A DNA stretch of 63,680 nt, the filler included, from Collodictyon triciliatum (taxonomy: Eukaryota): assembly GCA_043381765.1 (NCBI GenBank). It is 5 parts of 5 records of this genome, joined end to end, with 100 filler letters (N's around TTAATTAATTAA, not from the genome) between each part and the next. Parts side by side here need not be neighbours in the genome. Positions count along the whole stretch, not along the records: positions 45,042 to 60,762 come from JBHJMP010001640.1; positions 60,863 to 63,680 come from JBHJMP010001797.1; 3 more parts are not named here. One strand, given 5' to 3'. The position numbers and the translations under genes are program-made. Positions 57,259 through 63,680 of this stretch are shown piece by piece. Position 1 is the first letter of the stretch. Each line of letters starts with the position of its first letter. The notes beneath the pieces are model-generated. The model was not told where the DNA came from. It saw only the letters and a program-made list of their open reading frames with translations, and did not search any database.

Positions 57259-58502
57259 TCATGTGTTTTGGAACGGTGACCTCTTATAGTACATCGCTTC
57301 AACAGCAAGATAAAATATCACGAAAGATATAAAAAGCTTTACTATAACGAAAGCATCATTAGTCTTGGGGAGAGACAAAGTTTGGGTGGAAATTTTTGAA
57401 CTGCTTTCAACACGAGAGTGTTTAAGATTTCTAATATCGTTGATTCTGCTTTGAATCCGATTTTGAGCAATGTATCCTCCCCGTGAGCTTGAATATTCGT
57501 GAGTCCCCATGAATTCCCTCTGCCTGACAGTCGAAGTCATCAAGGAAGCCAGTCTTAGGTCGTAATCACTTGTGCTATGGTATTCTGACTCTTTGAAGAC
57601 ATAGTGCTTTGATTGCTTTTCGGGTTCTCTGTGTGACTTTCTGTATAATCCATTCACCTCATACATACTGTCCGTAGCTACTGCACGGCCAAGGTAATTT
57701 GGTAACTGTGTGACTCTACCAAGGTTGACATCAGGACTGCGTATCATCGGTGGAGGCAAAGGATATTTACCAATGAATCTTGCATTCTCCCATTCACAAT
57801 AAATTTGACCGAATAAATGATCGATGCTTCCTTCGACGCCCATTGAAACCGCCGGCTGCAAACCATACTTTATTAAAGAACCTTGTTCGTTGTTGAACAG
57901 GTTTTTTATCTGAGAGTTTGATTATGTGCAAAGCAAAAGAATGACCCAGTTAGTGATGATTTTACAGAATGCTTGAGGAAAACAGATGATTTAACACATA
58001 TGAAAGGATAGGGAGCCTGAGTTAAGAAAAAGATGAATGAATAGAGAATGTAGTAAATTCTCTTTATGCAAAGATATTACCTTATAATCCCCCTTAGTCT
58101 TCCCGTGCTGAAAGTCAACTAGGCATGGCACATCTTCGCCACTGATGAAGTTACCAATGGTCATGGGAAACGGTGACTTTTGATTCTTTTCAAGCAAAAT
58201 GCTGAGCAGTATCGAAGTTTTCAAAGGTAAGGGATATTCCTTCGACCGAAACATCACTGTCCAAGCATGGTTTGCCCGCGTGGTATGGCGCTTCACTGGG
58301 GTTATCTGGGACTTCCGTGTCATCGTCATGCTGCGAAAAAACACAACAGCCGTGCTTTCGGGCATAACAAATGTTCTTTCTTTTGATCGATCGCTCTCAA
58401 GAATGATTTGGTCCTTGTGAGGAAAGAGAAGCTCAGTTTTATTATCCTCATACGTCCAAATCGCATAGCGGCCTTCAGCCATGGCTACGTCCAAGGATGA
58501 AT
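57259..58502 (-). CDS. Hypothetical protein with C-terminal TM segment (5' exons unresolved)
   Basis: Two long open exons (about 58081-58502 and 57259-57909) join in frame at GDYK|gtaata..ctcag|IKNLF. The tail AFVIVKLFISFVIFYLAV is hydrophobic. Confidence 0.6.
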
Positions 58503-58936
58503 CCTGTTATATTAGCCCTTCGGTCAAATGGACATTAGTCATACTCCTTTTCTTTTAAAATCCGTTTATATCGAACGATGCATATTCATATGGTGCGATT
58601 AGAAAAAAAAAGGCGACGATATTGTGTTGCTTCACGGTGTAGTTTGGGAAGACCGCTGCCTTCTACAGTTGCCTGCTCTTTGGTTGCAGATGCTCCTGCC
58701 TTGCTTTTAGATCGTGAGTGATTATTCCACATATAGCATGATTCCGCAGAATTCGCTTTTTGTTTGCTGGCTCGTTTTGTTTTCCTTTGCCTTTGGACGA
58801 GCACAAAAGGTGGCTTGTGTTGTGCTGCAGTGGCAGGAATAACAGGCGACGAAGTCACGCAGATACTCCAACATGAGAAAAGGAGAAGGAAAGAAAAAAA
58901 ATGCAGTGGTGGCTGAGTCGTTTCTTTCTCACTGTC

Positions 58937-60635
58937 ATGCAGCCGAAGATTTCGATGAGTCGCCCGAGTGCCGGTCAGTGTCCGGTGCAAGTGATGATAA
59001 GGCAAAGGCCAAAACAGACTCCGAACTCTGCAAACGGCTCTTCATTTTCGGCCTCATCGCTTTCAAGTTCTGCTGGTAGATATTGTACCAATCACTATGA
59101 GGCAGAGTCTGAGTTTATCGAGCCTCTCTCTTCACTTGCCGAGCGCCCTTCGTGCTTCATCCCTGCCTCGTTTTCAGACTCGACTGTTTATTGGTCGCTA
59201 TGTCATCCGAAGGTGACCCACTTTTTGTCGAGATTTGAGTCTTCCAGTCTAATCATATCCGGGAGAATTGCGACGGGAAAGACAGCCTTTTGCGTAAATA
59301 GTTATATGCATATTTTTTTCTGTTGTCTTCCCGTTTACATATATTATTATTGGTTTTGTTGTTGGCCTGTAAACATGTCATTTGATTATGGTCTTTGCTT
59401 TATATTTTTATCAGCTAGATTGTTGTCTACATTTTTTATTTCTTTGGACCAAAAAATCATATATGTTAATATGAAATCATGAATCAACCATATATGCTGC
59501 TGGTAATAAAAAAAATTCCTTCATTTTCTCAATCACCCCAAAAAGAAATGTAAACTACCCCACCGAATAATCTACAAAAAAAAAATTAATAATAATTATT
59601 GCGATTACTTTACAGTGCTCGATTATCAACAATGCCCTCAACTACATTAGCCGAAATGTATCTGCAGATAATTATGATATTGAGCTCTCGGTATCTGCTA
59701 TAGAATTACTAGGGGACTCTGTCTATGATATGCTCGATGTTGATACGGAAACTAATGTAGGTGGTGAAATGAGTTTTAATTTTCTATTTTCAATTTCTTT
59801 TCTACTTATAAAATATCTCAACGACGTTCGTATGTGTATTTTTCTATTCTTTTATGCTGAAAGACTCGACCAAACTCAATTTGAATATTATCCCTGGATT
59901 ATTATGTATATATTTCCTTCAATCGATCATTCATTGCGTAGTTATATATAGACATTATTCAGATCATACGATATTCTTACTGAAAAGTTTTTCTGGCGTA
60001 GGGAAAAGGCTTCCAACGATTCAAATACAGGAAAACCTTAAGACTAATAGAGGACCCCAAAGACCCTTTAATTGTATATGCAGAAGATGCGATTAATGTT
60101 TCTATACAGCCCAACCTAAACGTTCCACGCTTAATTGCTTTGGTGAGCGCACTACATTTATAATATATGTGTGGTTTTCTGCGAGACCCTACACTAAAAA
60201 CCCATTCCATATGTGAAGTTAATATCTCTCTTTTATCTGTACAATCGCACAATATTTTCAATTTTTCAAAGAAAGAAATTAGCTTAGGAAGAATCGCACG
60301 GCCCGTAACTTGGGTAGAAACCCATGTAGTTCTTGCGGCCATATGATTATGACAATTAAATCTTTAAACATTCAAACGCGAGGTCAGCATTCACGAAATA
60401 ATTGAATATAGTCATGTTCAAACCCGTAAATGAAACCTTTTGCTTTTGTACAATATTGATTTTTTTCCTTAACTCTAATCAAAAAAAAAAATGGTCAATC
60501 ATATTCATTTCAGAGACTGCCAGGCTAAACATAGTGGATATGGCACCATCATTACAATTAGACAGGCAAACTATGGATTCAGTTACCATAGGAGAAATAA
60601 ACATAATAAATCAGTCATACGAGGCACTTTTGCAG
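58937..60635 (+). CDS. Highly divergent kinesin motor-domain protein (3' part lost at the contig end)
   Basis: Exon 58937-59293 has PVQVMIRQRP..VYWSLCHPKV..IISGRIATGKT. Exon 59616-59760 has IINNAL..LSVSAIELLGDSVYDML. Exon 60514-60635 has ARLNIVDMAPSL..EINIINQSYEALLQ. These match kinesin V.VR.RP, the P-loop, VS.LEIYNE.I.DLL, L.LVDLAGSE and IN.SL..L in order. Confidence 0.78.
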
Positions 60636-60762
60636 GTGATGCATCATTCAATCAAACGTTTCTTCTTTTTCTTCTTTTTCTTCTTTTTCTTCCTTTTCTT
60701 CCTTTTCTTCCTTTTCTTCCTTTTCTTCCTTTTCTTCCTTTTCTTCCTTTTCTTCCTTTTCT

Positions 60763-60862
60763 NNNNNNNNNNNNNNNNNNNNNNNNNNNNNNNNNNNNNN
60801 NNNNNNTTAATTAATTAANNNNNNNNNNNNNNNNNNNNNNNNNNNNNNNNNNNNNNNNNNNN
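60763..60862. other. Artificial contig linker
   Basis: Same spacer. Confidence 0.97.
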
Positions 60863-61290
60863 AAAAAAAAAAAAGAAAAAAGAAAAAAGAAAAAAGAAAA
60901 AAGAAAAAAGAAAAAAGAAAAAAGAAAAAAGAAAAAAGAAAAAAGAAAAAAGAAAAAAGAAAAGAAAAAAGAAATAAGAAATAAGAAAAAGAAAAGAAAA
61001 AAGAAAAGAAAAAAGAAAAGAAAAAAGAAAAGAAAAAAGAAAAGAAAAAAGAAAAAAAGAAATAGACACCATTTAAAACCCATTAAAAACCTTTAGAAAT
61101 ACAGAGTATTATTTTAATGAATTGAAAGGAAGAATACAATAATGTTCTATTCATCACATAAAATAAGCCATCAAAAATACTGCAATTTTTCCCTTTATAT
61201 ATTTTAGACCATTTTATGAAAAGATAATATGATAGATGCTTTTTAAAATTTCACGAAAAGAAGCATAATTTCATTCTACTACATCATTAG

Positions 61291-61689
61291 GTGACTATTC
61301 TTTCAAAAGTATCTCTGTTTGAAAAAATGGGGTTCACTAAAGAGCAGATAGGGCGTCTAGTGCGCAGCTACCCATCTGTTCTGGGTTACCGAATAGCAGA
61401 GGATGGTTGCATATACGACAAAATGAAATTTTACTTTGACGAATTGTCTTTAGATCCGGAATATTTGGTGCGAAACCCAAGTCTTTTGTGCTACAACTTC
61501 CAGCATCGAATCAAGTTTCGGTATGCTGTCACAAAATTGTTGCGCAGAGACTTCCTCCCTCTGGTTCATGTACTTGCAGTTGACAGAGTATTTTCCATTA
61601 AAATGGGAATCACAGAGGAAATCCTCGAGGGGCTTTATGGACAGTACACTGCAAACACACCACTTCAATACCCAAACAACCTTATGTGA
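61291..61689 (+). CDS. mTERF-family protein (partial; internal or 3' exon)
   Basis: MGFTKEQIGRLVRSYPSVLGY..KMKFY..LVRNPSLLCYNFQHRIKFRY are typical mTERF repeats. There is an AG acceptor at 61289-61290, and a GTGAGT donor at 61686 may extend the gene. Confidence 0.8.
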   Translation: MTILSKVSLFEKMGFTKEQIGRLVRSYPSVLGYRIAEDGCIYDKMKFYFDELSLDPEYLVRNPSLLCYNFQHRIKFRYAVTKLLRRDFLPLVHVLAVDRVFSIKMGITEEILEGLYGQYTANTPLQYPNNLM

Positions 61690-62522
61690 GTTATATATTT
61701 CCATCGTCACTATTTTAATTATATATACTATCAGCTTAATGAATGACAAAAAAACTTTAAACCCGTCCTATTTTCAGAATCACAGCACCCTCAAGGAAAT
61801 CTCTAGCGAAGAAAAGAAGATCAACTTCAAAAGGAAGAGTCTGTGCTACGCCAAGTAATGCGAATGTGCAATAATCTAAGATCATCCTACAAAACAAACC
61901 ACAAACTGCGAAAGTCACATTTTTTTCTGTCTGTTTTCTTGTCATTTTTTTCTTATACGCGCTTATGGTTTCCACACAATGTGTGATGTAAATCTAGAAT
62001 TCGATAAGCATTCGTCCCAAAACCAAATTCCTCTTCGTAATAAACCTTCTATTGCCTGCAAAATCAAAACCATATGGGTCGTTATCCCTTTACTTTATCT
62101 AATTTGTTCGCCTCGCAGACAACGCGATTGGTACGCTTGACTGATTCAGATTTTCGGATTATTTTCTTCAATGTCAAATTTCAACATGCCAAGGGACATA
62201 ATCAACTATCTAGTGGCTTGTGGTGTTTTGTCTTTCTCTTTTATTTTGTTTAATTAGTTAAGGTGTGATAGGGAACTATCGGCTCATTTCCCACGGAATT
62301 CAAGACGAATTAGATTTCCTTGTCTTATCCGAGGCAGACAATTCATATCCATTTTGATCAGATAGGAACCTGGACTTGGAGCTCGTCCGTGTTATCGACA
62401 GGCCACTACGTTCCATTTGAAGGGAGCGGAAAGATTCTGTGCGATGGAGGAGTATTATGGAACCATAGCATGTTGGGATTAGAGGCACAGCTATTAAAAA
62501 TAACATAGTTTTGTGGAATGCC

Positions 62523-63492
62523 TTATGATTTGCGGCACGAGAGAAAGGTGGATGTAATCGAACCTAACTGTGAACGAGAAGACGCAGACTCTTCCAAAAG
62601 GGGAACGTGCATAGTACCACTGAAGCGGTACTTGGACGTCTTTCGACGGAATTCGTTACTTCTTGATACCCGAAGGTCGGATGGTGAATGACGATTTTGC
62701 CTTCCGTATCGCTGTGAAAAGAAAGATTGCATATACATTGTCGGTACCAGGGTCAGGAAGCTGGTTGCCTGAGATATAATGGTACCAAATCATGAAAAAT
62801 AAAAATTAGTGAGATGCACTTGACGTAGTAAATGAGCTATATTATGTATTTTCCGCACTAGATATGTCTTATATGTATCAATCAAGAGCATGAAGGAACA
62901 AATTAACAAGCCAAAAAATTGGAATTATTTGAATGGTTACCAAGACGCCTATCCAGAATGACGGTTCACCGAATAAACGATTCATAACTGTGTAAAAGTC
63001 CAGGGACGACAATAGATTATAAATCCACATTGAAGAAAAATAGAGGGCCAGCGTTCCCCAAATTACAAACCTGTTCAGAGATGTCATATACCTAGAGGAT
63101 GAACTATATGTAACTCTGGAGAAAATGAACACTTTCACTTGTTTTAGCAATAGTTCCACAGCTAGAAAAAAAATATGCGTCAAATTAATGGTTTTTTAAA
63201 CTACTTTGTTTCTGTAACAAGGGTGATGGTTTGCGTAACAATCAAGGATGTATATGCAATCATGGACAAGCTGTCATAGTCCATAGGATACCCATCTTCA
63301 TAGCTCGTCCAGTTGTGATTGAATGACAATACAGTTACGATAAAAATAACTCCCGCCTGCACAAATAGGTAGCTGGATTAATGCAGATAAAGGGGAACAC
63401 CCTTGAAACTCTGCCTGCCAAATCTATGGGTAATTATTACCTGATAAACAGACCGAGCAAAGAAGCCAAAAAATGTCAATGGATTCATGAAT
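62523..63492 (-). CDS. P4-type ATPase (phospholipid flippase) C-terminal exons; gene continues beyond the window
   Basis: Spliced FMNPLTFFGFFARSVYQAGVIF..LSMIAYTSLIVTQTITLVTET..TSLNRFVIWGTLALYF..FYTVMNRLFGEPSFWIGVL resembles the C-terminal TM region of P4-ATPases. Confidence 0.78.
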
Positions 63493-63601
63493 CTATTTCA
63501 TATTGCAAAATAAATATCAACTATAATAACCAAACTGAAACTATTCGGGATTCTTGACTTGAAAATACGTTTTTTTTCTTTGTAGAACTTTCCTTTCTTT
63601 A

Positions 63602-63639
<38 letters not shown>

Positions 63640-63680
63640 ATAAGAGTGGTCTAATTTCCCCATTGTTTTACACAACGGTT

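Overview
Eukaryotic, intron-rich, protist-like genomic DNA; the taxon cannot be determined from the sequence. Five contigs (1-15747, 15848-29099, 29200-44941, 45042-60762, 60863-63680) are joined by artificial N44-TTAATTAATTAA-N44 linkers, so adjacency across linkers means nothing. Manual splicing recovers several genes the ORF track misses or fragments. Contig 1: a Golgi-type PAPS sulfotransferase, an eIF4E-family gene and a repeat-rich disordered protein with a LIR-like motif. Contig 2: Oxa1, a secreted purple-acid-phosphatase-like enzyme with a bacterial-looking C-terminal module, a 5'-nucleotidase with a myristoylation motif and SFT2. Contig 3: a divergent P-loop GTPase, PAT1 and mitochondrial FAD glycerol-3-phosphate dehydrogenase. 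Contig 4: an AT-rich zone with RING-finger and LINE relics, two tandem intronless pseudokinases, an unknown membrane protein and a kinesin-like gene with degenerate switch motifs. Contig 5: mTERF and the 3' end of a P4-ATPase. The most notable signals are the probable pseudo-enzymes (kinesin, kinase pair, possibly the GTPase), several GC-AG introns, a candidate horizontally acquired phosphatase and a divergent eIF4E. All family calls come from motif recognition by eye; no searches were run.
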